The notes beneath the pieces were generated by a model, which was given only the letters and a program-made list of their open reading frames with translations, was not told where the DNA came from and searched no databases. Position numbers and translations under genes: made by a program. Shown here piece after piece: positions 1-9,531 of a DNA stretch of 42,122 nt; positions within the stretch are counted from its first letter, which is position 1; the number at the start of each line of letters is the position of its first letter. Location of the stretch: the IMG/VR virus record IMGVR_UViG_3300016669_000004, positions 1-42,122 of that record; one strand, 5' to 3'. The stretch is from a virus (lineage: Duplodnaviria > Caudoviricetes).

Positions 1-14
1 ACATAATATACATT
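1..14 (+). repeat. attL core ACATAATATACATT (dif-like)
   Basis: Identical to 42109-42122; 14/14 match to the reverse complement of E. coli-type dif (ATTTA-ACATAATATACATT-ATGCGCACC). Confidence 0.88.
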
Positions 15-25
15 TGATTGCATGA

Positions 26-38
26 CAAGCCTTTGATC
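26..38 (-). promoter_or_regulatory. Putative IHF site next to attL
   Basis: Minus strand GATCAA-AGGC-TTG vs consensus WATCAANNNNTTR (1 mismatch). Confidence 0.45.
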
Positions 39-70
39 TACCGCGGTTTTCCGATGACTCGGGAAACCAG

Positions 71-880
71 ATGCAACAGCACATAGACCAGCAGCAAAGC
101 CCAGGACCGTCTGGGCAGCATGGGCCAGTAGGACACGCTACGCCGCCCACATGCGCGGCACACGAAGCCCATGTTTCTGGCGTCACGAGCACCTCTAGCC
201 GGCACGCGCGCAAGCGCTGGACCATGGCTCAGGTGGAGACGCTGCGCCGCAACTACCCACACCTGCCGACCCATCTGGTCGCGCGCATGTGCGGTCACTC
301 AGAGAAATCGACGTACCAGAAGGCCAGCGTGCTCGGACTCCACAAGTCCGCCGAGTACCTGACTTCCCCGGAGAGCGGGCGGCTGCATCGCAATGACAAC
401 CGTGGCGGGCACAGCCGCTTCGGTCCCGGAAACGTGCCGCACAACAAAGGCCTGCGCAGGCCCGGGTTTGCGCCTGGGCGGATGGCTGCGACCCAGTTCA
501 AAGTGGGTGAGCGGCGCGGCGCGGCGCTCCACAACTACGTGCCCATCGGCAGCCTGCGTCTGTCAGCAGAGGGATACCTGCAGCGCAAGGTCACCGATGA
601 TCCGGCGCTGGTTCCGGAACGCCGGTGGGTGTCCGTGCACAGGCTTGTGTGGGAAGCGGCACACGGCCCCATGCCGAAGGGCCACACGGTCGTCTTCCTG
701 CCCGGTCGGCGCACAACAGACCTGGCGGCCATCACCCTCGACAGTCTGGAGCTGATCAGCCGCGCAGAGCTGATGCGGCGCAACAGCTACCACACGCGAT
801 ACCCCAAGGAAGTCGCCCAGCTGATCCAGCTCAAGGGCGCGCTCAACCGAAAGATCAACCGCAGGAGCAGGCAGGCATGA
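71..880 (+). CDS. HNH endonuclease family phage protein
   Basis: VHRLVWEAAHGPMPKGHTVVF...LELISRAELMRRN HNH_3-like motif; RFGPGNVPHNKG and TQFKVG repeats. Confidence 0.75.
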   Translation: MQQHIDQQQSPGPSGQHGPVGHATPPTCAAHEAHVSGVTSTSSRHARKRWTMAQVETLRRNYPHLPTHLVARMCGHSEKSTYQKASVLGLHKSAEYLTSPESGRLHRNDNRGGHSRFGPGNVPHNKGLRRPGFAPGRMAATQFKVGERRGAALHNYVPIGSLRLSAEGYLQRKVTDDPALVPERRWVSVHRLVWEAAHGPMPKGHTVVFLPGRRTTDLAAITLDSLELISRAELMRRNSYHTRYPKEVAQLIQLKGALNRKINRRSRQA

Positions 881-1140
881 AGAACAAAATGAGCGATGTC
901 CGCGACCACCTGGTCGCGATGCTGGAGCAGCTGGCAGACCCCGATGTCAAGGCCGAGGTCATCGAGCGCGCGCGGGCGACAAGCCTGGTCGCCGGCACCT
1001 ACATCAACGCGGTCAAGACCGAGATCGACGCGCTGCGCCTTGCCGACGAGATCGGCCGCACCAGCGCGGCGGTCGATGTGCCACCGGCGCTGGAGCGGCC
1101 CCCAGCTGGCCGGCTGGTGTCGATCGGTGGAGGGAGGTAG
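877..1140 (+). CDS. Conserved phage hypothetical protein
   Basis: ATGA overlap with upstream gene; MKNKMSDVRDHLVAMLEQL, typical partner of this HNH gene. Confidence 0.7.
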   Translation: MKNKMSDVRDHLVAMLEQLADPDVKAEVIERARATSLVAGTYINAVKTEIDALRLADEIGRTSAAVDVPPALERPPAGRLVSIGGGR

Positions 1141-1146
1141 GGCGGG

Positions 1147-1980
1147 GTGAACTACTACGAGCGTCACCTTGGGGATTACGCACGAGACACGGCTCACCTG
1201 TCTCTGCTTGAGCATGGCGTCTACACGCTGCTGCTGGATCGCTACTACGCGACAGAATCCCCAATTCCCGCTGACCAGGCGCATCGCGTCGCCCGCGCGC
1301 GTACGCGAGATGAGAAGGCTGCTGTAGACGCTGTGTTGAGCGAGTTCTTCATTCTGGCTGATGGCTTGTATCGCAATCGAAGGGCTGATGAGGAAATCGC
1401 AAAGCTCCAGGCTTGGCTTACGTCACAGAGGGAAAACGGGAGGAAGGGTGGTCGACCAAGGAAGGAGAAGAAGCCAGGTCCAGAAGAAACCCAAAAAGAA
1501 CACATGGGTTTTGAACGGGATAACCCAAACGAAACCCAACTCAAAGCCCACCAGACACCAGACACCAGACACCAAACAAATACTCCAGACAGTACACAGC
1601 AAGCACCCAAGATTCCTGAGGGTGCGTGCGCGCCTGCCCAGCCCAGCGTTGAGCCAACCGAGCGCGGCAGGGCCTGCCTGCTGATGCGAGCTGCCGGCTG
1701 CAGCCTCACCAACCCAAGCCACCCCGACCTGATCGCTGCCCTGGCCGAAGGCGTCACCCCCGAAGCGCTGGGCCACGCAGCTGCCGAAGCCGTCGAAGGC
1801 AGCAAGACCAAGCCGTTCGCCTGGGCGATCTCCGTCGCCAGGTTCCGCCATGCAGAGGGCGCCCGCCCTTCACCCACCGGAGCACGTCATGCAACGAATC
1901 AACCCCGCGAAAGCGATGCGGACCGCGCTGCAAAGCGAGCAATCGAAATCGCTGAACGAACGGGTCTTGACCTCTCCTGA
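1147..1980 (+). CDS. Replication initiator, YdaU/DUF1376 family (lambda O analogue)
   Basis: MNYYERHLGDYARDTAHLSLLEHGVYTLLLDRYYATESPIP N-terminus; NGRKGGRP motif; internal iteron-rich linker. Confidence 0.88.
   Translation: MNYYERHLGDYARDTAHLSLLEHGVYTLLLDRYYATESPIPADQAHRVARARTRDEKAAVDAVLSEFFILADGLYRNRRADEEIAKLQAWLTSQRENGRKGGRPRKEKKPGPEETQKEHMGFERDNPNETQLKAHQTPDTRHQTNTPDSTQQAPKIPEGACAPAQPSVEPTERGRACLLMRAAGCSLTNPSHPDLIAALAEGVTPEALGHAAAEAVEGSKTKPFAWAISVARFRHAEGARPSPTGARHATNQPRESDADRAAKRAIEIAERTGLDLS
1478..1658 (+). repeat. Putative replication origin, copy 1 of a 181-bp direct repeat
   Basis: AACCCA/TGGGTT motifs and CCAGACA x3 inside the initiator gene; repeated at 2605-2785 with 3 mismatches. 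Confidence 0.75.
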
Positions 1981-2590
1981 CCTCGATGCGGGAACGCTGA
2001 CGCGACTGTGGATCGCTGGCGTTGGTGCATGGGGTCCGAAGTGGTCGAAGTACTTCGGAGACCTGCCAGTCAACGACGACGGATCGTTGACGGTCGTGGG
2101 TGCGCTGTGGGCAAAGGGCCTGGGACTGTTCGATCGCGAGACCGTCATGGCCGCGCTGGAGCGGCACATCGCAGTCGGCAATGCTTGGCCGCCGAACTTG
2201 CCCGAGCTGCGTCTTTCCTGCCTGGGCATCCCCAGCTTTGCACAGGTCAAGCGCGCACTGTTGCGCCCGGATGGAAGCACGCATCACGCCTTCGTACGCT
2301 CGGTGTGGAGCCTGGTCGAGACCTGGCAACTGCGAACCGCCGGCAACGAACAGGCCGAGAAGCTGCTGCGCGAGGCTTACACGCTCGCCCTTGAGTCGCT
2401 GTGGGAAGGCAACCCGCTACCAGAGCCGCCAGCTGCTGAGATCGAGAGCCAACCCGTCGAGCGCAATCCGCCTACGCCGGAGCAGCTCGAACGGCACCTG
2501 GCCGAGATCCGCAGTGCCCTGGGCCTGTCGATGAGCGAGGCCGCCGCGATGGGCGAGGATGGGCTGCGCAGGGCCGGGGGCGATGTATGA
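1889..2590 (+). CDS. Replication protein P-like helicase loader
   Basis: Follows the initiator; GGAG RBS; LW...WGPKWSKYFG...W..GL...WPPNLPELR.CLG motifs. Confidence 0.72.
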   Translation: MQRINPAKAMRTALQSEQSKSLNERVLTSPDLDAGTLTRLWIAGVGAWGPKWSKYFGDLPVNDDGSLTVVGALWAKGLGLFDRETVMAALERHIAVGNAWPPNLPELRLSCLGIPSFAQVKRALLRPDGSTHHAFVRSVWSLVETWQLRTAGNEQAEKLLREAYTLALESLWEGNPLPEPPAAEIESQPVERNPPTPEQLERHLAEIRSALGLSMSEAAAMGEDGLRRAGGDV

Positions 2591-2912
2591 GGACATTCAA
2601 CCGCGTCCAGAAGGAACCCAAAAAGAACCCATGGGTTTTGAACGGGATAACCCAAACGAAACCCAACTCAAAGCCCACCAGACACCAGACACCAGACACC
2701 AAACAAATACTCCAGACAGTACACAGCAAGCACCCAAGATTCCTGAGGGTGCGCGCGCGCCTGCCCAGCCCAGCGTTGAGCCAACTCTCGATGGCCTTCT
2801 CCCAGCATTGCACGAAGGCAAACTCAGTTGCTCCGGAAGGGGGTCTAAATCCATGTTTCAGGCCCTCAGCGCCGCGCTGGTGTTGGGCATCCGCTGCGGC
2901 CTCTCGGGCTGA
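2583..2912 (+). CDS. Possible small ORF containing the duplicated initiator linker in the same frame
   Basis: ATG overlaps the stop of the upstream gene; peptide matches the internal initiator segment MGFERDNPNETQ...VEPT. Confidence 0.3.
   Translation: MYEDIQPRPEGTQKEPMGFERDNPNETQLKAHQTPDTRHQTNTPDSTQQAPKIPEGARAPAQPSVEPTLDGLLPALHEGKLSCSGRGSKSMFQALSAALVLGIRCGLSG
2605..2785 (+). repeat. Copy 2 of the 181-bp origin-like repeat
   Basis: 178/181 identical to 1478-1658. Confidence 0.92.
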
Positions 2913-2954
2913 CCTCGAACTTGTTCAGAAATCGGAAGCCTTACGGGACGCTTG

Positions 2955-2967
2955 TAAGCCATTGATT
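2955..2967 (-). promoter_or_regulatory. Putative IHF site
   Basis: Minus strand AATCAA-TGGC-TTA, perfect WATCAANNNNTTR. Confidence 0.55.
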
Positions 2968-3173
2968 CTTAAAGGATTTCCGTTAGGCCGGCGGTCCTGT
3001 GCCGTAACGGCCCGGTCGGGGCGTAGTCGGATTCAGGGGGTGCAGGGCCACCCCCCCTTCAAACGAGTTAACGAATCTTTAACGCGGCTGAACTATTGGC
3101 CCCTCGAAAAATGGGAATGGCTCCAAGGACAACAGGAGGCCCTACAAGGCCGACCACATAGGGGGGCGCACCC

Positions 3174-4313
3174 ATGACCCAAGAAGAATGCGGAACGCTG
3201 CCACAGGTCGTCCTGGACGCCTTGGCGTGGCTTCCAAACGGCGACCAACTCCCGCGGCACCGCGAATACCTCATGACCCGCGAAAAACGCTTCGCCCCGG
3301 CGATGCGGAAGATCGAGGCCGACGGGCTCCGGCCCGAGGCCCTGGCCGAGCTCTGGCTCTGGCTGGCCCACCTGGTCTTCGATCGGGCCTCGCCGCCGGG
3401 CACGACCTGTGCCTCCTACGCCAAGACCACGGGCCGGTTCCTGCTGTGGTGCGCCCGCAACGGCTACGACCACCGCACCGTGCGGATGCAGGAGTTCGAC
3501 CGCTGGGTGCGCTGGCTGGCCATCGAGTGCCGGAACTCGGCCACCTGGCGCAAGCGGCAGATCCAGTCGCTGCGGAGCTTCTACGACTGGCGCCGGTCGC
3601 GCGGCATCGCCGCCACCAACCTGGCGGCCGACCTGCAGGCGCCCAAGCCCAAGATCAAGCCGGCCCGCAAGTACACCGACGACCAGCTGCGCGCCCTGTT
3701 CCGGGCCATCGGCCAGTCCACCGAGCTGCGCCAGGTGCGCGACAAGTGCGCGGTGCTGCTGCTGCTGGCCACCGGCCTGCGGCGCGAGGAACTTGGAAAC
3801 CTGCAGATGCACCAGCTGGAGCTGACAGCCAGGCGCGGGGTCGTGCGGGTGATGGGCAAGGGCGCCAAGGAGCGCGACATCCCGTTCGAGGGGCCGGTGG
3901 TGGATGCGCTGCATGCCTGGCTCAACAAGCGCGACGGCCTACCCTACGATTGCGACCCGAATGCCGTGTTCATCTCCACCTTTGGCCAGACCCAGGGCCA
4001 GGCGCTGACCGTGCGCGGGTTCGAGGAGATGGTGTCCATCCATGCCCGCGCCGCTGGCCTGCGCGAGTGGGGCATCCATCGCTTCCGGGTCACCTTTGCC
4101 ACCCAGCTGTACGACGACGGCGCGGACATCGAGACCATCCGCCACCTGATGGGCCACGAATCCATCGAAACCACGCGCCGCTACCTGGCCGTGTCCGAAC
4201 GCGCCCGCCGCACCCGGCTCAGCGCAAACCGCCAGCACCGCGTGCTGGGCACCAAACCGACCGGCGCCCCGCTGTGGGTGCGCCTTGCCACAGGGGGCAT
4301 GGACAGTGATTGA
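3174..4313 (+). CDS. Tyrosine recombinase, XerC/XerD-like (no. 1)
   Basis: TGLRREE (R), GKGAKER (K), HRFR, MGHESIETTRRY: full catalytic set. Confidence 0.93.
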   Translation: MTQEECGTLPQVVLDALAWLPNGDQLPRHREYLMTREKRFAPAMRKIEADGLRPEALAELWLWLAHLVFDRASPPGTTCASYAKTTGRFLLWCARNGYDHRTVRMQEFDRWVRWLAIECRNSATWRKRQIQSLRSFYDWRRSRGIAATNLAADLQAPKPKIKPARKYTDDQLRALFRAIGQSTELRQVRDKCAVLLLLATGLRREELGNLQMHQLELTARRGVVRVMGKGAKERDIPFEGPVVDALHAWLNKRDGLPYDCDPNAVFISTFGQTQGQALTVRGFEEMVSIHARAAGLREWGIHRFRVTFATQLYDDGADIETIRHLMGHESIETTRRYLAVSERARRTRLSANRQHRVLGTKPTGAPLWVRLATGGMDSD

Positions 4314-4680
4314 CGGAATCAGCTTCAGCCGGTGCGGGCAGCGCCCAACCACCTTCGAGACCCAGCTCATGCACCACATCCCAGCCGACAATGCCCTGTC
4401 GCTGCTGGCCGCGCGGCTGCTGGCCGACCACGGCCCGCAGGAGGGAACCCGCCTGTTCTGCGTAGTCCTGGATGAGCTGCGCGGGGTCAAGCTGTCCGTG
4501 CCGCGGCGCGAGATGTTCTTCGCGCGGCTGTGGAAGACCGAGCGCGACGCCCTGATCCAGCAACTGGCCAGCCGCCCGGGCGGTGACTTCACCCAAGCCG
4601 ACCTGGCGCAGATGTTCGGCCTGTCAAAGCCGCGCATCTCCCAGCTTTTGGGCTCGCCGCTTAACGGCAAATCGTGTTAG
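4306..4680 (+). CDS. Mor/C-like late transcription activator
   Basis: ELRGVKLSVP...RD.LI...TQADLAQMFGLSKPRISQLL C-terminal HTH; directly upstream of terminase. Confidence 0.65.
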   Translation: MIDGISFSRCGQRPTTFETQLMHHIPADNALSLLAARLLADHGPQEGTRLFCVVLDELRGVKLSVPRREMFFARLWKTERDALIQQLASRPGGDFTQADLAQMFGLSKPRISQLLGSPLNGKSC

Positions 4681-4690
4681 ACAATCGCCC

Positions 4691-5479
4691 GTGAAAGACC
4701 CAGACCGCCCCCGCCGCAAGTTGTCCGAAGCCGAGCTCGAGCAGCGCCGCGCCGCCTCGCGCAACAAGCGCACCGTCACCCCGGCGATGCTGGCTGCCAA
4801 CCGCGAGCGCGCCAAGCTCAGCACCGGCCCCATCACCCCCGAGGGCAAGGCCCGCTCCAGCCGCAACGGCTGGAAGACCGGCCTGCACAGCCGCATCCAC
4901 AAGCTGCACTTTGACGCCGGCATGGTCTCGCTGCTGGGCGCCAAGGGCAAACCCTGCGTCAGCACCTGCCCCAAGTTTTCCACCTGCACGCTGGTGGCCG
5001 ACGGCCTCACCAGCCCAGGCGGCGACTGCCTGGACAAGGAGCGATTCGTGCAGGCGTTCGATGCGATCATCGAGGCCGTGCAGGGCGGTGAGATGGCCGG
5101 CATGCACGGCCTGATGGCCTCCGAACTTGCCGCCGCGTTGCAGATGCTGCATGACCTGCGCACCACCATGGCAGACCAGGGCCTGGTGATCGGCATCCCC
5201 ATGATCTCGCCCGAGGGTGAGGTGGTGCGCCGCGCCGATGGCTCTGAGGTCATCGGCAAGTACGTGCCAAACCCCGGCTACCCGCTGATGCTCAAGCAAC
5301 TGGAAGTGATGGGGATCAGCCTGCCCGAGATGCTGGTCACCCCGCAGTCCAAGGAGCGCGCCAAGACCGGAAAGCAGCAGACCGATGCGCTGTCCACCAT
5401 GATGGGCGAGATTGCCGGCCGCGCCGCCGGCATGCGCCCGGCCGCCGTCGGCCTGCCGCACGAAGCGGACGGCGACTGA
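4691..5479 (+). CDS. Putative terminase small subunit
   Basis: Upstream of TerL; STGPITPEGKARSSRNGWKTG motif; start codon uncertain. Confidence 0.6.
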   Translation: MKDPDRPRRKLSEAELEQRRAASRNKRTVTPAMLAANRERAKLSTGPITPEGKARSSRNGWKTGLHSRIHKLHFDAGMVSLLGAKGKPCVSTCPKFSTCTLVADGLTSPGGDCLDKERFVQAFDAIIEAVQGGEMAGMHGLMASELAAALQMLHDLRTTMADQGLVIGIPMISPEGEVVRRADGSEVIGKYVPNPGYPLMLKQLEVMGISLPEMLVTPQSKERAKTGKQQTDALSTMMGEIAGRAAGMRPAAVGLPHEADGD

Positions 5480-5480
5480 C

Positions 5481-7352
5481 ATGGCCACGCGGCAAAACAA
5501 GGCCGGCAGCATGCATCGCCGCATGCTCGATGCCGGCGTGTACGAGCTGGACGAATTCGACGCCTGGATGCAGGCGCGCGGCTGGGCGTGGCAGGGGCTG
5601 GAAAACGGCGTCTACGGCGTGAGCATCGCCGATGCCATGGTCCTGTACACGGTCGAGGACCCGGTGCGCTTCTGCGAGACCTTCATGAAGCGCAACGACG
5701 GATCGCCGTATCGATTCTTCGATTATCAGCGCGAAAGCATCCGCACTTGGAGGCAGGACACGGTAACAATTGCTGGCGCGGAGGTCGGTAAGTCGGTCGA
5801 GCTAACAGCTCTCCTGCTTTGGGGCCACATTACCGGATTCGGCTTTCAAATCAAGGCCCCAACCTCGCTGGTGGCCGCGCCGCAGCAGATCTTCCTCAAC
5901 GAGATCATCGATGCCATCGAGCGGCAGATCGGCGTGTTCAAGGCCATGGAGGGCGAGAGCATCCTCAAGGATGCCTGGATCGAGCCGCGGCGCACCCCGC
6001 ACACCCAACTGCGCCTGCGCAGCTGGGTGGCCGGCGGAAAGCCGGCATTGGCGACCATCGACTTTCGCCCAGCTGGCCATGACGGCAGCGCCTTCCGCGG
6101 CGTGCACTCGACCGCGCTGGTGATGGTGGACGAGGCGGCCAAGATGAAGGCCCAGGTGCAGTGGACCGAGCTGTACCGCGCCCGCATGCCAGGCTGCAAG
6201 AGCCGCTTCTACTCGGTGCCCGATGGAGACCGCAGCACCGAGTTCTACCGCCTCTCGCAAGCAGCGGTGATCGGCCTGCCCGAGGGCCAGCCTGGCTTCC
6301 GCAAGTTCCACTGGCCCAAGACGCTGATGCCGCCGCCGTTCTGGTCGGAGGAACGCGACCGCGAGTTCGTGCGCCTGTACGGCGGCCGCAATACCCCCGG
6401 CTACCAGCGCAACGTGATGGGCGAGTGGGGCGATGCCGAGAACCCGGTCTGGCCGTGGGCGCAGCTGCTGCCCAACATCGTGGACCTGCCCGATTTCCGC
6501 ATCATCAAGCTGATCGCCGACACAGAGGCCGATGTGCTGTCCATCGAGGTCATGGCCTGCACCATGTCCATCCACGATGGCCGCAAGACCGGCAACTACA
6601 CCTGGCTGCAAGATGGCTCCATCCCCCTGCAGCCGCTGCTGCGCGGCGGTGACGACCAGCGCCGGCAGGCCATGCTGGACATCCTGCGCCCGCACCTGAC
6701 GCCGCAGAGCATGGGCGTGTTCTACGCCGGCGCCGACCTGGGCGAGCGCGCCGACCCCACCGCCATCTACCTGAGCGAGCAGGTCGGCCAGACCCTCATC
6801 GACCGCGTGCGCGTGCATGCCCAGGGCTTCCCATATCACCTGCAAGAGGAACTGGTGGCCGCGCTGGATGGCATCTACGGGCGCCTGCCCATGTGGGGCG
6901 TGGACATGGGCTCGGCGGGCACCACGGTGGTCAAGGATTTGATCAACGTAGACCGGTTTGCGCAGTGTCACTTCGAGGACCGGCTGGTGGGGTTCCATTT
7001 CCAGCAGAACGTGGACTGCATGGGCGAGGACGGCGAGCTGCTGGAACAGGAAGACCCGCAAACCGGCGCCACCCACGTGGCCGTGGCCCCGGCCAAGCAC
7101 TGGGCCAGCCAGTGCATCAGCGCCCGCCTGCAGGCCGGCGGCTATGCCATGGCCTACGACACCGACGCGCTCAACGACATGGTCACCCAGACCGCCCGCG
7201 AGGGCGCGCGCTTCCCCATCTACTCCAAGCAGCGCGACCACATCCCCGATGCCCGCCGCCAGCAGATGCTGATCCGCCTGCATGCCCTGCGCGCCGAGGG
7301 CAGCGGACATGACCTGTTCGTCTCGGGAACCTCAGAAAGGCACGCCGCGTGA
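5481..7352 (+). CDS. terL: Terminase large subunit
   Basis: Walker A-like EVGKS, Walker B VMVDEAA, nuclease YAGADLG and C-terminal DHIPDA. Confidence 0.88.
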   Translation: MATRQNKAGSMHRRMLDAGVYELDEFDAWMQARGWAWQGLENGVYGVSIADAMVLYTVEDPVRFCETFMKRNDGSPYRFFDYQRESIRTWRQDTVTIAGAEVGKSVELTALLLWGHITGFGFQIKAPTSLVAAPQQIFLNEIIDAIERQIGVFKAMEGESILKDAWIEPRRTPHTQLRLRSWVAGGKPALATIDFRPAGHDGSAFRGVHSTALVMVDEAAKMKAQVQWTELYRARMPGCKSRFYSVPDGDRSTEFYRLSQAAVIGLPEGQPGFRKFHWPKTLMPPPFWSEERDREFVRLYGGRNTPGYQRNVMGEWGDAENPVWPWAQLLPNIVDLPDFRIIKLIADTEADVLSIEVMACTMSIHDGRKTGNYTWLQDGSIPLQPLLRGGDDQRRQAMLDILRPHLTPQSMGVFYAGADLGERADPTAIYLSEQVGQTLIDRVRVHAQGFPYHLQEELVAALDGIYGRLPMWGVDMGSAGTTVVKDLINVDRFAQCHFEDRLVGFHFQQNVDCMGEDGELLEQEDPQTGATHVAVAPAKHWASQCISARLQAGGYAMAYDTDALNDMVTQTAREGARFPIYSKQRDHIPDARRQQMLIRLHALRAEGSGHDLFVSGTSERHAA

Positions 7353-7392
7353 ACTGCTTGCGCCCATCGCCACAGCCAAAGGACATCCGCCC

Positions 7393-9531
7393 GTGAACCT
7401 GCACCCTCTCGATCCGCGCGGCTGGTTTGGGCGCAAGGATGCACTGGATTCAACCCGCAACCAGGGCGGCATGCTGGCCGCCGCCCAGCGCCAGTCCAGC
7501 CCGATGGGCGCATGGTCCGGCGTGATCGGCCAGTGGCAGCCGCGTGCGCGCTCGCCCTACCTGCTGGAGGCCCTGCGCGAGGCGATCCCCATCCTGGACG
7601 GCGGCATCAACCGGCTGGTGACCCTGGACGGCATCCTCACCGTCGAGGGCGACAACGACGCGCTGGTGCAGGAGATCGACACCTGGATGCGCAACGTGCC
7701 TGTCAATGACCTGGAGTGCGGCTACCAGGCCTTCTACGCCGGGCAGGGTGCCGAGCACTACGAGCAGGGAGTGGGCCTGGGCGAGTTCGTCTACGACCGC
7801 CGCGGGCGCGATGTGATCGGACTGCGCGTGGCCGACAGCAAGGGCCTGGCCTTTGTGCGCGAGACCGACCGCCTGCGCGTGTTCTACCGCACGCCGGAGG
7901 CCACCCGCGACCTGCGCCCCGATGGCCTTGGCGCGGTGGAGCAGCTGCTGTCTGGCACCACTCGCGGAGATACCGTCAGCGGGCTGCGCAGCGAGGGATT
8001 TGTCGAGCTGGACGCGCGCCAGTGCAGCTTTGCCCTGCATCGGCCCGAGGCCGACGACCCCTATGGGGTCAGCATCCTGCGCAGCATGCCGTTTGTCGCG
8101 CAGATCCTGCTGAAGATGGAAAACGCCGCAGGCCGGGCATGGGAGCGCTTTGGCGACCCCAGCTTCCACGTCCACTACGGAACGAAAAACCGCAAGGTGG
8201 ACGCGGCCGAGGCCGACCGGCGCGCCCGCGCCATCGCCGCCGACCTGGCCAAGGCCCTGCAGGCCAAGGCGCGCGGCAACAGCGTGGACCTGAGCACGGC
8301 GGCGGCCATGGACGATGAGATCACCATCGGGGTGATCGGCGCCAACGGCACGGCGCTGGAAATCGAGGCCCCGGCCCGGCACATCCTGGAGCAGATCGTG
8401 GCCGGCTTTGGCCTGCCGGGCTGGATGCTGGGCGTAACCTGGAGCCAGGCGGCCGGCATCGGCGAGCAGCAATCTGTGATCGTGCTGCAGGAAGCGCAGA
8501 CGCGCTTCGAGCTGCGCGAGCCGCAGCTGCGCCGGCCGGTGGAGGCCATGCTGCGCGCCCGCGGCCGCACCTGGAAGAATGGGGACTGGAAGCTGGTGCA
8601 GGTCACGCCAAACTTGATGGACATCCAGAAGCGCGCCCAGGCCGACTTCCTGGCCGCGCAGACGGCCATGATGCTGGGCCAGACCAGCCAGCCCTTGCCA
8701 AGCCCGCGCGGCGTGGACAATGGCCTGCGCGCCAGCCGCGGCGCGCCACGGCGCAAGTCCGGTTCCAAGGCCGGTGGAGACGATGAGGAAGATGGCGGGG
8801 AAAGCTGGGCGCAGCGTGATCCTGCGCTTCCCAGGCTTGAATCCGCCACCATCGACAGGCTGCTGGGCCGCTGGGTCGAACTGCGCGATGACGTGTTCGA
8901 TGAGCTTGGCCTTGATGGCATGGCCGATGACGACTTCCGCTTCGACCAGGACCTCACCGCATCACTGGCCGCACGTGGCAATGCCGCGCAGTCCTCGATG
9001 ACCAAGACTCTTGTGGGGGCCCAGCAAAGCGCATGGGAGCGCGGGATCGCAAATGCAGGGCTCGAAGTATCCGCAGATTTTGGCGATGCGCTGGTGCGCG
9101 CGGCCATCGCCGCCGCCCGCGAGCGCATCCGCACCGTCTATGCGACCAGCGGGCTGGAGCTGGTCAGGTCTGGCATCGCCCGCGAGTACCAGACACGCAT
9201 CGTTGCAGCGCTCACCTCCGGCGAGTTCGACGGCCAGAACCCAGTCAATGTGGCCGCCGCGCTGCGCGCAAGATTCGCGGCAGGTAACTACAACTGGGAG
9301 CGCCTTGCCAGGACCGAGATTGCGATGGCGCAGTCTGAAGGCAAGCTCGACCTGCTGCGGCAGCAGGGTGTCACCCGCTACGATTACGAGACCGCCAACG
9401 ATGCCCTGGTCTCGCGCATCTGCCGCACCCTAGCCGCCGCCGGCCCATACCTGGTGGCAGATCCTGCGTCACCGATACCGGGCCGCGACAGCCACCCCCA
9501 GTGCCGCTGCACCATCATGCCAAGGGATTGA
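7393..9531 (+). CDS. Portal protein fused to MuF-type minor head domain
   Basis: Follows TerL; PYGVSILR and ERFGDP portal motifs; C-terminal RLARTEIAMAQ...HPQCRCTI MuF signature. Confidence 0.82.
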   Translation: MNLHPLDPRGWFGRKDALDSTRNQGGMLAAAQRQSSPMGAWSGVIGQWQPRARSPYLLEALREAIPILDGGINRLVTLDGILTVEGDNDALVQEIDTWMRNVPVNDLECGYQAFYAGQGAEHYEQGVGLGEFVYDRRGRDVIGLRVADSKGLAFVRETDRLRVFYRTPEATRDLRPDGLGAVEQLLSGTTRGDTVSGLRSEGFVELDARQCSFALHRPEADDPYGVSILRSMPFVAQILLKMENAAGRAWERFGDPSFHVHYGTKNRKVDAAEADRRARAIAADLAKALQAKARGNSVDLSTAAAMDDEITIGVIGANGTALEIEAPARHILEQIVAGFGLPGWMLGVTWSQAAGIGEQQSVIVLQEAQTRFELREPQLRRPVEAMLRARGRTWKNGDWKLVQVTPNLMDIQKRAQADFLAAQTAMMLGQTSQPLPSPRGVDNGLRASRGAPRRKSGSKAGGDDEEDGGESWAQRDPALPRLESATIDRLLGRWVELRDDVFDELGLDGMADDDFRFDQDLTASLAARGNAAQSSMTKTLVGAQQSAWERGIANAGLEVSADFGDALVRAAIAAARERIRTVYATSGLELVRSGIAREYQTRIVAALTSGEFDGQNPVNVAAALRARFAAGNYNWERLARTEIAMAQSEGKLDLLRQQGVTRYDYETANDALVSRICRTLAAAGPYLVADPASPIPGRDSHPQCRCTIMPRD

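Noticed and set aside
1478-2785. 181-bp repeat as a DGR template/variable pair
   Set aside because: No reverse transcriptase in the window; only 3 mismatches, one of them T/C; the repeat covers an origin-like linker
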